DNA of 64,000 nucleotides, from the NCBI GenBank assembly GCA_963762115.1, contig CAVXJH010000006.1:128001-192000 (forward strand). The letters are read 5' to 3'. This stretch comes from Candidatus Babeliales bacterium. Its GTDB lineage: Bacteria; Babelota; Babeliae; Babelales; JANWKD01. Of the stretch, positions 1-8,876 are shown one piece after another; within the stretch, counting starts at the first letter, position 1, and every line of letters starts with the position of its first letter. A program made the translations under genes and the position numbers. The notes beneath the pieces are model-generated. The model ran no database searches, had not been told where the DNA came from, and saw only the letters and a list, made by a program, of their open reading frames with translations.

Positions 1-129
1 TAGTATAATTTTATTATATAATTATTATCATCTACATTTCTATAAATTTATTTTTATTTTTTATACGATGCATTAATACAACAGTACGATATACTAAGAA
101 AAAAATTAAATTACCGCAGGGAAATAATT

Positions 130-1203
130 ATGCAAAAACTTAAAATTGGTGTTTTGATGGGGGGAAAATCAATTGAACGTGAAGTATCATTCAATTCTGG
201 CCGCACAGTATGCGATCATCTTGATACAGAGCGTTATGAAATTATTCCTCTCTTCCAAACTATTGTTGGAAAACTTTTTATATTGCCATGGCGTTTTCTT
301 CATCGCGGTAAAATTAGTGATTTTGAACATCGCTTATCAACAGAAGCTGAATCCCTATCATGGGATTCATTAAAAAATAAAATAGATTTTATCTTTAATG
401 CTATGAATGGTCGCTATGGCGAAGATGGATCATTACAAGGCCTTCTTGAAATCCTTGGCATCCCTTATCTTGGCTCAAAGGTATTCACCAGTGCTTTGGG
501 CATGGATAAATTCCTACAAAAAGATTTTTTACAACTTCAAGGCATTATAACGCCCAAAGATGTTCGCGTATATAAAGAAGATATTATAACAATTGAGCGA
601 GATCTTTCTGCTTTATTAACGCAATTAGAAAAAGCTCATATCACATTTCCCTGCATAGTAAAACCTAGAAAAGAGGGTTCAAGCTTGGGAATTTCAGTCG
701 TTCATCATCAAACAGATTTATTTCAAGCTATAAAAAAAGCATCTGAAATCGATATTCATCAAAAACAAGATGTTTTAATCGAAGAAAGAATAGATGGCAT
801 GGAATTCACCTGCATTATCATTATAGATCAAACAGGATTACCTCTAGCATTGCCACCAACTGAAATCGTTAAAGAAGAGACAAGTGATCTTTTTGACTAT
901 GCACAAAAATATATGCCAGGACGATCAATAAAATTTACTCCTGCCCGTTGTACCACAGAACAACAAGAACTCATTCAGAATACCTGTATTAAAGTAATGA
1001 AGGTGCTTGGTATGCAAACTATAGGAAGAATCGATGGATTTTTAACCACCAATAATGAAGTGATTATTATTGATCCAAATACACTTTCTGGTATGGCCCC
1101 ATCTTCATTTATTTTTTGCCAAGCAGCACAATTAAACATGAATCATGCAACAATAATTAATCATTTAATTGAGACAGAAATTAAGAATTATCATATTTTT
1201 TAA
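130..1203 (+). CDS. ddl: D-alanine--D-alanine ligase family protein (paralog 1)
   Basis: GGKSIEREVSFNSG N-terminal motif, GRYGEDG, KPRKEGSSLGI, DYAQKY omega loop, RIDGF. Confidence 0.9.
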   Translation: MQKLKIGVLMGGKSIEREVSFNSGRTVCDHLDTERYEIIPLFQTIVGKLFILPWRFLHRGKISDFEHRLSTEAESLSWDSLKNKIDFIFNAMNGRYGEDGSLQGLLEILGIPYLGSKVFTSALGMDKFLQKDFLQLQGIITPKDVRVYKEDIITIERDLSALLTQLEKAHITFPCIVKPRKEGSSLGISVVHHQTDLFQAIKKASEIDIHQKQDVLIEERIDGMEFTCIIIIDQTGLPLALPPTEIVKEETSDLFDYAQKYMPGRSIKFTPARCTTEQQELIQNTCIKVMKVLGMQTIGRIDGFLTTNNEVIIIDPNTLSGMAPSSFIFCQAAQLNMNHATIINHLIETEIKNYHIF

Positions 1204-1214
1204 GGAGCAATAGA

Positions 1215-2336
1215 ATGCAATCAATAAAAAAAATTCGTGTTGCCGTATTGTTAGGCGGTCGTTCAAATGAAAAAGAAATTTCCTTAGAATCAGGGAGAAA
1301 TGTTGTCTATAAACTTTCTCCACAAAAATATGAAACGCTGCCCCTCTTTGTTAATAAAGATATGCATCTTTTTCATATCACACAACAACAACTAGTTTTA
1401 AATTCAACAAAAGAAATAGAAAAATCTCTTTGCCCCGAACAACAAGTAACGTGGAATAATTTGTCAGACTTTGCTGATTTTGTTTTTATCGGGTTACACG
1501 GCGGTGAGGGTGAAAATGGCTGTGTGCAAGGGGCTTTGGAAATGCTCAATATTCCTTATAATGGCTCATCAGTGTTAAGTAGTGCTTTGTGTATGAACAA
1601 GCATAAAACAAATCAATTATTAGCCGCTAAAGGATTTCACGTACCACAATCACTCTTTCTTGCAAACAATGAATGGACAGATGATCAAGAAACTATACTT
1701 ACAAAAATAAAACAAACATTTGCACTACCATTCATCATAAAGCCATTTGATGATGGATGCAGCGTTTTTGTCTCGAAAATCACCCACTATGATGAAATTC
1801 CTACAGCATTAAATGCATTTTTTCAAACAGGAAAATCGCATGCATTATTGGAAGAATATATTGTTGGCATGGAATTGACTGTCGGTGTTATTGGCAATGC
1901 ACAACCAAAAGCATTAACGCCTAGCCAAGCAATTGCTGCTCAAGGAATTTTATCAATTGAAGAAAAATTCTTACCCGGCGCTGGAGAAAATCAAACTCCT
2001 GCACCATTACCAGAAGCAACGTTAACGTTAGTTAAAAAAGTTATGGAAGAAGTATATAAAACGGTTGATTGTAAAGGTTATGCACGTATTGATTGTTTTT
2101 ATCAAACTGCCCAACAAAGTCCCACAGCTCAAGAAAGAGTCATCATTTTGGAAATCAACACGTTGCCTGGATTAACGCCTGCCACCTGCATTTTTCATCA
2201 AGCTGCTGAGGAAAATATTCGGCCTATGGATTTTCTTGATATGATCATCACCTTAGGATTTGAAGAGCATAAAAAAATTGCTGTTGCTCATGAAACGTTA
2301 CCAGAAAAAAATATAACCACAAACATATCGCTCTAA
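1215..2336 (+). CDS. ddl: D-alanine--D-alanine ligase family protein (paralog 2)
   Basis: GGRSNEKEISLESG, LHGGEGENG, RIDCF, LEINTLPGLT; AAGGAG RBS. Confidence 0.9.
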   Translation: MQSIKKIRVAVLLGGRSNEKEISLESGRNVVYKLSPQKYETLPLFVNKDMHLFHITQQQLVLNSTKEIEKSLCPEQQVTWNNLSDFADFVFIGLHGGEGENGCVQGALEMLNIPYNGSSVLSSALCMNKHKTNQLLAAKGFHVPQSLFLANNEWTDDQETILTKIKQTFALPFIIKPFDDGCSVFVSKITHYDEIPTALNAFFQTGKSHALLEEYIVGMELTVGVIGNAQPKALTPSQAIAAQGILSIEEKFLPGAGENQTPAPLPEATLTLVKKVMEEVYKTVDCKGYARIDCFYQTAQQSPTAQERVIILEINTLPGLTPATCIFHQAAEENIRPMDFLDMIITLGFEEHKKIAVAHETLPEKNITTNISL

Positions 2337-2340
2337 TAAA

Positions 2341-2378
2341 AAAAGAGCGCTTTCATTTTTTAGAAAGCGCTCTTTTTT
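2341..2378. terminator. Bidirectional intrinsic terminator
   Basis: AAAAGAGCGCTTTC-loop-GAAAGCGCTCTTTT between convergent genes. Confidence 0.85.
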
Positions 2379-2384
2379 ATTTTT

Positions 2385-3182
2385 TTAGTTAATTTTAAAA
2401 CCAGCATCAGTTAATATTTTTTCAACATGAGTAGCATCACTATCACTCAAAGATTTTTTATATATAATATTATTTTTAAACAAAAGATTTGAATCCCATT
2501 TCTTTGGGTCAGTTTTATTATTTCTATCTATAAGAGTATAAAGCCATTGTGCTGATGAAAAGGTATAATTTTTCCACTGCAATTCAATATCAAACATATT
2601 AATACCTTGAGCCATCAAGAAACTTGGTGATGATTTTGATTCAAAATCAACTTCAGCAGTATAAAATTCAAAGCCAATATCCCAACTCGATGAAGAATTT
2701 TTTGAAACTTGATTATACCACCAGGTATTTCTCATAAATTGCTCAAATGCTATAACATTAAAAACAAGCTTATTGCCATATCCTTGGCTATAAAGGTAAA
2801 TTGATATAAAATCATTTTCCCGTTCAATAACCACATAAGGATTCACATCTACTATTTGTTTTTTTGCATTATCACTATAACCACGAGTATTAATCTCAGG
2901 AGACAAAATTAATTTTGTTCCATTCTCTATACGAACTGATTGCCAACGAGTATCACCTATTAAAGGTTGCAAACGAATCAGTTTGTTTGGTTCAAGATCA
3001 AAATCGGCAATAGTATTAATTTTATAATATAAATCTTTAAATGGTGTGTGAAAGCCAAATTGTCCCTGAAATGTATAAAGTTGCGGAGCATAATCTGGAT
3101 TAAAACGATTAGCTTCTAAAGTAGTAATTGCACACATACTACCCAAAAACATAGATACAAATATTTTTTTTATAAGTTTCAT
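2385..3182 (-). CDS. Secreted hypothetical protein, paralog of 3274-4134
   Basis: Signal peptide; shares RFNxDY, NKLIRLQPLI, GNKLVFNxxAFEQFMRNT and THVEKILTDAGFKI with its neighbour; ATG chosen after GGGAGA RBS. Confidence 0.8.
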   Translation of the reverse strand: MKLIKKIFVSMFLGSMCAITTLEANRFNPDYAPQLYTFQGQFGFHTPFKDLYYKINTIADFDLEPNKLIRLQPLIGDTRWQSVRIENGTKLILSPEINTRGYSDNAKKQIVDVNPYVVIERENDFISIYLYSQGYGNKLVFNVIAFEQFMRNTWWYNQVSKNSSSSWDIGFEFYTAEVDFESKSSPSFLMAQGINMFDIELQWKNYTFSSAQWLYTLIDRNNKTDPKKWDSNLLFKNNIIYKKSLSDSDATHVEKILTDAGFKIN

Positions 3183-3215
3183 TGTATCTCCCATTCGAAG
3201 CTTTTTCTTACCATC

Positions 3216-3266
3216 TTAATTAATTTTAAATCCTGTATCAGTTAATATTTTCTCAACATGAGTAGC
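3216..3266 (-). pseudogene. Remnant 3' end of a third paralog (ATHVEKILTDTGFKIN-stop)
   Basis: 51-bp intergenic stretch nearly identical to the 3' ends of both flanking genes. Confidence 0.75.
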
Positions 3267-3273
3267 TTTGCAA

Positions 3274-4134
3274 TCATTCTGAACTCTTTAGCCCTTCAGT
3301 CGACGTGGGAGTCGTAATTTTAAATCCTGCATCAGTTAATATTTTCTCAACATGAGTAACATCGTAATCCGTCAAACCACTTTTTGATATAATATTATTA
3401 TCAAATAAAAGATTTTGATTTACTTTGCTTTTATCCACATTGATTAATTGTTTACCTTGTTTAAATTCGCCTAATAATGCCAAAATTTCAAAAGCATTTG
3501 AAGGCCATGAAAATAATGGCAATTCTTGAGCCGGGGTAAAGGTATTATTCTTCCAATGCAAATCAATATTAAATATACTTTTCCCATAAGATGCTACAAA
3601 ATCATTTTCAATCGTATCAAATTCAAACCCAAATTCCCATCCAAGGGCCATATTTTTATTTTTATTCAATCCCTGATATAAGTTAGTGTTTCGCATAAAT
3701 TGCTCGAAAGCTAATATGTTAAAAACAAGCTTATTGCCCACTCCTAAGCAATATAAATAAATTGTTATAAAATCATCTGCGCCTTCGATAACCACATAAG
3801 GCAGACTATACAATAATTTTGATTTAATAGTTCCAATAGAACTTATTTGTGGTGACAAAATTAATTTTGTACCGTTTATCACAAGAACTGATTTCCATCG
3901 GTCTGAAATAAGTGGCTGTAAACGAATAAGTTTATTCATAGGAATATCCATTTCAGGAAGCGTATTTATTTTGTATGATATAGGATCACTGTATGGCGCT
4001 GGTTTAAAACCGAATAGTCCCTCAAAAACATACGTTTGAGGAAGATAGTCAGTATTAAACCGATCGGCTTTTACTATACCCATTACCGACAAAATACTTA
4101 AAAAAATAAAAATAAAATTTTTCATTAACTTCAT
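3274..4134 (-). CDS. Secreted hypothetical protein, paralog of 2385-3182
   Basis: Signal peptide (..VKA|DRF); shared blocks as above. Confidence 0.8.
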   Translation of the reverse strand: MKLMKNFIFIFLSILSVMGIVKADRFNTDYLPQTYVFEGLFGFKPAPYSDPISYKINTLPEMDIPMNKLIRLQPLISDRWKSVLVINGTKLILSPQISSIGTIKSKLLYSLPYVVIEGADDFITIYLYCLGVGNKLVFNILAFEQFMRNTNLYQGLNKNKNMALGWEFGFEFDTIENDFVASYGKSIFNIDLHWKNNTFTPAQELPLFSWPSNAFEILALLGEFKQGKQLINVDKSKVNQNLLFDNNIISKSGLTDYDVTHVEKILTDAGFKITTPTSTEGLKSSE

Positions 4135-4142
4135 AACAAACC

Positions 4143-4391
4143 CTATGCCCTTCCTGCTAATTTTTTCTCATTAAGACGTAATTCTGTTATTTTTTTTGCA
4201 AGTTCCACTTGTTCATTAATACTTAAATTTTTTTTGGCTATGATTTGATTAATTTCCTTATTCAACTTAGCTTTTTCTGCTGATAAGGACGTCTGTTCTG
4301 ATGAAGTTAATGTTTTTGCATCAATTACCATAACATTAGCAACCATAATAAACGCCACATTTAAAATGATATTAATTTTTCTACTCTTCAT
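4143..4391 (-). CDS. Small secreted coiled-coil hypothetical protein
   Basis: AAGGAG RBS, hydrophobic N-terminus, helical Lys/Glu-rich body. Confidence 0.65.
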   Translation of the reverse strand: MKSRKINIILNVAFIMVANVMVIDAKTLTSSEQTSLSAEKAKLNKEINQIIAKKNLSINEQVELAKKITELRLNEKKLAGRA

Positions 4392-4517
4392 TACTTCTCC
4401 TTTTTATCATCATCTTTATTATATTTTATCATGCATTATTATCAATTTGCAATAATTTTTAAAAATAAATATAACCAAACTCAAATAGGTACATTTCCAA
4501 AAAAAACAATTGCTATA

Positions 4518-6503
4518 TTATTTGGCGTTACCAAATTCCTTATTTAAAAAAGCTTTAACCGTATCTGCGTTAGCTTTTATGTTAAATTCAGCAATACCTG
4601 CCAATTGCTTAAATTGAGGAAGTGTATAATCAAAATTAAGAAAGCCACAAAAACCATTGGTATTACTTATGCAATTAGCGTCAAAAGTGGATAAATTGTT
4701 TTCATCAATAAACTTTTTTAAGATTGGATTAGCTTGTGCTTTTTTAATAAGCGCATCATCTCTTACAAAATTAAAATAAATAATGCGCGGCGCCTGAGCA
4801 TGCTGCATATCTTTATATAATCGTAATGTTGGTGTTGATTTGTCATCAACCCGTTTATACGTATACCCATAAAGCCGCTGTGCATCTTTAAAGAACTTAC
4901 TCAGCTCTCCAGATTCTTCATTTTTTTGAAAATTATCACCCGAAGTATCACCAATAATAATTGCATTTACGTTGCGTGATGGACGTAATAAGGGCAAAAC
5001 AGGAATATTATAAGAAATACCAGCATCAACATACATCAATTGATCACTTGTTTTTAATGATTTTGGCACATTAGAAAAAGAAGCATTTTTATAAGGATTA
5101 AATGTTAATGAAGGAAATACACGCATAGTGTTAACTGACGTTGGTAAAACACTGATAAGATTAACCAATGTTGCCGCAATTAAATACTGAGTTGCTTCAG
5201 TACTCATTTTTTGCGCTGCTTGAGCTTTTAATCCATCTATTATTTTTTGAATATCAATCAAATTTACCAAATAAGCTGAACCAAAAGTCCCCATTAAATA
5301 ACCTAATGACTGTTGCGGAGAAATTTCTTTTGCTTTTCCTTGGTCAAATAAGCTCCCAAAAGAATATGTCGGCATAGCTGTTTTATATTCAAGATTTCTT
5401 ACTTCTAAGGGAGTAAATTCATTCCAATTATAATCTTGTTGGCCAGCACTATTAGTATAAACATTGACTGAAGTAAAAAGAGGGAACGGCTTATTACCAT
5501 CTTTAACATGATCCCATACATCAGTTAAATGGTACTTTCTAATAGTAGGATCTAATAAAGCTTTCGATAATAATGAACCATATATATCAACAGAACTTAT
5601 TGATTGATTAAAAAGAAATTTCGGCCAAAGGTCAGCAACTAATGCTTCTAAGTATTCAGGTTTTAGATAACCAGAATTATCAAAAGCAATTGTTTGAATA
5701 TTAAATTTTTTATCTTTTATTTTTTTTTCAAGTGATTGTTGAAAAGAATGTATAGAATTATTTGAAAATAACCAAGGCATCAAAAACCATGTTGAACCGG
5801 AAAGAGCACTTATATAACTTGTTGCATCTAACAGCCCAAGATCTTCAAGTGCGGCAAGATACCCTGATGTTAATATCATTGCACGATAACCACCACCAGG
5901 AGCAACATAGCCTAAAGTAATTGGCTTATTTGGCTGCTTATTAAAAAACTTTCCCCATCCTTTTTGTATAGTTTTTTGACGATTTTTCAAAAAAATATTC
6001 TTTTCATCACTCAATAATTGATCATTTTGTATAAGATTAGCAGCTTTATTTTTAAAGGGATTATCACGATTAGCATCTAATTTTAATTGTGGTATTTCAT
6101 TTTTTTCCCAAAAATCATATAAATAGTCCCACCCATCTATAAGTTGACCGGTAACCGTTTGATTTTTAGTGGCAATTTCTTGTAAAACGGTCATATCAAA
6201 TGAATCCAAATCATTACTTGCTTTAACAAGCAAAGCATTTTGTTGTTGTTGCAAAGAATCAATGGCGTTTTTTGTTGAATCATTTACCATGCCAGCAGTT
6301 TTTGATTGTTTTAAAGAAGTATTAATTTGATCTTGCAATGCATATAATTGTTTTTTATAAGAATGAAATAATGCATCATTATGAGGTTTAGCAAAAGCAA
6401 GAACATATTCAGCGTTCTGATAGGCAAAATCAAACCAATCTCTGCCAAAAGCATTATCAGAAATAAACATAATGCATACAAAAAAAATAATTTTTTTTAT
6501 CAT
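4518..6503 (-). CDS. Secreted lysophospholipase / cPLA2 (PLA2c, patatin superfamily) catalytic-domain protein
   Basis: PGGGYRAM oxyanion/Arg motif, ALSGSTW nucleophile, NEFTPLEV, YVDAGISYNIP catalytic Asp; signal peptide. Confidence 0.85.
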   Translation of the reverse strand: MIKKIIFFVCIMFISDNAFGRDWFDFAYQNAEYVLAFAKPHNDALFHSYKKQLYALQDQINTSLKQSKTAGMVNDSTKNAIDSLQQQQNALLVKASNDLDSFDMTVLQEIATKNQTVTGQLIDGWDYLYDFWEKNEIPQLKLDANRDNPFKNKAANLIQNDQLLSDEKNIFLKNRQKTIQKGWGKFFNKQPNKPITLGYVAPGGGYRAMILTSGYLAALEDLGLLDATSYISALSGSTWFLMPWLFSNNSIHSFQQSLEKKIKDKKFNIQTIAFDNSGYLKPEYLEALVADLWPKFLFNQSISSVDIYGSLLSKALLDPTIRKYHLTDVWDHVKDGNKPFPLFTSVNVYTNSAGQQDYNWNEFTPLEVRNLEYKTAMPTYSFGSLFDQGKAKEISPQQSLGYLMGTFGSAYLVNLIDIQKIIDGLKAQAAQKMSTEATQYLIAATLVNLISVLPTSVNTMRVFPSLTFNPYKNASFSNVPKSLKTSDQLMYVDAGISYNIPVLPLLRPSRNVNAIIIGDTSGDNFQKNEESGELSKFFKDAQRLYGYTYKRVDDKSTPTLRLYKDMQHAQAPRIIYFNFVRDDALIKKAQANPILKKFIDENNLSTFDANCISNTNGFCGFLNFDYTLPQFKQLAGIAEFNIKANADTVKAFLNKEFGNAK

Positions 6504-6691
6504 CCTATCCCCAATAACATAAAATGCTTGTAATTTTCCTTTCTTTTACAACCTCTTAATTATTATAGTTTGAAAATAACACAATATTCAACAATTTTTA
6601 TTATTGCAAAATGAAATATCAAAAAAAATATTTCTTATTTAGAAATTGAATACTTGCTTAACGCGAATTTGATAAGAAAAGATAATTCTGA

Positions 6692-6790
6692 TGTCATTCT
6701 GAGCACTCCTTGAGTGCGTAAGAATCCAGGTATAAGGTTTTTTCATTTTATTGACTGGATCACTACGGAACTTCGTTCCTCATGATGACA
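6692..6790. repeat. Palindromic TGTCAT...ATGACA repeat doublet (family A)
   Basis: TGTCATTCTGAG-hairpin-GAATCCAG ... CTGGATCAC-hairpin-CATGATGACA. Confidence 0.75.
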
Positions 6791-6875
6791 TTCTGTTAAA
6801 ATGGTGAATTTTGCTTGTAGAAATCTATATTACTTCGTCAAGTTCATAAAATTTTGAACGTATCAAATTCATGTA

Positions 6876-6913
6876 AAAGCCCATGGATTTAATCAAAAAT
6901 CCATGGGCTTTTA
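6876..6913. terminator. Intrinsic terminator
   Basis: AAAAGCCCATGGATTT/AAATCCATGGGCTTTT inverted repeat downstream of the minus-strand gene. Confidence 0.8.
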
Positions 6914-6933
6914 AGAACTTTAATGAGTAATTA

Positions 6934-8844
6934 CTATGCTTGAATATCAAGGTTTGAAATCATAGAAGACTGTACCGTTGTAGCATTTGGTGGAACACCA
7001 CCAGAATAACTAAATGAAACAGCAGTTACAGAAAAAGGACCTGAATAAGCAACGGTATAATTTTTATAAATAAGATTACCTCCAGAAAATGGCGGTCCTG
7101 ATGATCCGTTGCTAATTGCAGTATTACCCGCAACTAATGTATTACTACTGCCTGATAATACCGATCCTCCACTCGTAAAGACGATATTACTATCAAAAAT
7201 ACCTGATTGATTATTTTTCAAGATAGAATTATTGCTAATTTCATTAAAATTAGCACCATTTGCACCATCAATAAAAATTCCAGCACCAAAAACAACATTT
7301 GTTGCTGGTGTTCTTGGATTGTTACCTTCAGCAACACAATCAACAATTACTGATGAAGATTCGCTTGGTCCAAGCCCAAACCCATAAGCTGTCGGTCCAA
7401 CATTAAATGATCCAGTACAATTGGAAAATACATTTCCTTGTCCATTATCCGCTAGAAACCCATATGAACAAATCGAGATACCATTATTAGCATTTGCGAC
7501 ACATGATTCTATAAGATTGCCTATACCACTAACGCTATGTAATCCATAAACACAAATACCAACATTAAGATTCATAGAAGAGCGAGCTACTCGACAATAA
7601 TTACAACCTATAAGCGATATTCCTGCCGAATTTACTGCTCCCGATCCGTTTCTATCAACCAAACAGCTTTCAATTATCACATTTTCACAATTTACCAAAG
7701 AAATACCGCCGAGAGCAAGACCCGCTGTTGCACATAATGAAATGTTACATTGTTTAATTATACTTTCAGCAATGGGGGAACCACCAAAAGCAAAGAAATT
7801 AATACCCGATTCTGCTGCCTGAGTTATCGTTAAATTCATAATTTTTAGATTGGAAGCACCACCAAAAACTCTAATACCATCAAAAGCTACATTATTAATT
7901 TCACCATTTTTAATAGTAATATTTTCAAGGCCGGAATTAATTTGAATTCCTACATTAGCAACTCCCGAACCTAAAATTGATCTTCCACATAAATTAAAGG
8001 TGACATCACTTGAATTAATTATGAAAATGGAAGCTGCATTGGAAGTTATATTTTCAGTTAATACATAATTTCCCGGTGAACTTATCGTAAATGATCCACC
8101 CAATGCATCAATCAATCCTTGTGTTATAGAAATATTATGACAACCTGTTGCAAGACTGTTGAGCACAGAAAAGGTTCCATTAAATTCATTGGTGATATTA
8201 GCACAACACTCTGTTAACGTATTTTTAACATCAAAAATTGCCGTAAACGTGCCATTAAATTCATTGGTGATATTAGCGCAACATTCCGTTATTGTATTTT
8301 TAATATCTATAATTACCGTAAATTCATTTATAATAGAACCAATTCTTACTTGTATTTGACGCAATAACGCCTCAATTATTGAAAGATTACATGATGAACC
8401 AGGTCCAACAATATTTGATGATACACCTTGACGGGGCGCTCTTGTTTGCATTTGTTGAAATTCGGCAATCAAATCAGGAAAAGCTTTTTTAAGATCTTCA
8501 ACAGAAAAATCATTACTATTTTTACATACCTGTTCATAACATCTTAATAATCCATTAGAAAGACGATTTTCAATGCCTTTTTCTAATGCATTGTTAACCA
8601 AAGAAATAAGAAACGGCTTAAAATGAGGATTATCTATCGTTATATAACCAAGATCAGTATTATTTTCTTCTAAGGCAGACTCTATCATGTTGTAATATAA
8701 TTGAGCACTTTGAAGTTTAGATTTTTCTTTCATATTTTTTGCTATTGAATTTTTTTTAAGCCCTTTTTCTCTGGATTTAGCATCAAGCAAAAAATAAACC
8801 GATTGCAAACTTATTAGTATGAACAAAAAACGAAATAGCTTCAT
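6934..8844 (-). CDS. Secreted right-handed parallel beta-helix repeat protein with Cys-Cys repeats
   Basis: TISSPGNYVLTENI, VTFNLCG, ITIKNGEI and repeated (N/C)xxxxNxxxG beta-helix turns; tandem ECCANITNEFNGTF repeat. Confidence 0.8.
   Translation of the reverse strand: MKLFRFLFILISLQSVYFLLDAKSREKGLKKNSIAKNMKEKSKLQSAQLYYNMIESALEENNTDLGYITIDNPHFKPFLISLVNNALEKGIENRLSNGLLRCYEQVCKNSNDFSVEDLKKAFPDLIAEFQQMQTRAPRQGVSSNIVGPGSSCNLSIIEALLRQIQVRIGSIINEFTVIIDIKNTITECCANITNEFNGTFTAIFDVKNTLTECCANITNEFNGTFSVLNSLATGCHNISITQGLIDALGGSFTISSPGNYVLTENITSNAASIFIINSSDVTFNLCGRSILGSGVANVGIQINSGLENITIKNGEINNVAFDGIRVFGGASNLKIMNLTITQAAESGINFFAFGGSPIAESIIKQCNISLCATAGLALGGISLVNCENVIIESCLVDRNGSGAVNSAGISLIGCNYCRVARSSMNLNVGICVYGLHSVSGIGNLIESCVANANNGISICSYGFLADNGQGNVFSNCTGSFNVGPTAYGFGLGPSESSSVIVDCVAEGNNPRTPATNVVFGAGIFIDGANGANFNEISNNSILKNNQSGIFDSNIVFTSGGSVLSGSSNTLVAGNTAISNGSSGPPFSGGNLIYKNYTVAYSGPFSVTAVSFSYSGGVPPNATTVQSSMISNLDIQA
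8160..8305 (-). repeat. Intragenic tandem ~75-bp (25-aa) repeat
   Basis: KNT(I/L)TECCANITNEFNGTF twice; CCATTAAATTCATTGGTGATATTAGC is repeated. Confidence 0.85.
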
Positions 8845-8876
8845 TATCCTTTTACCTCTCAAAAAAATTTTATTTT

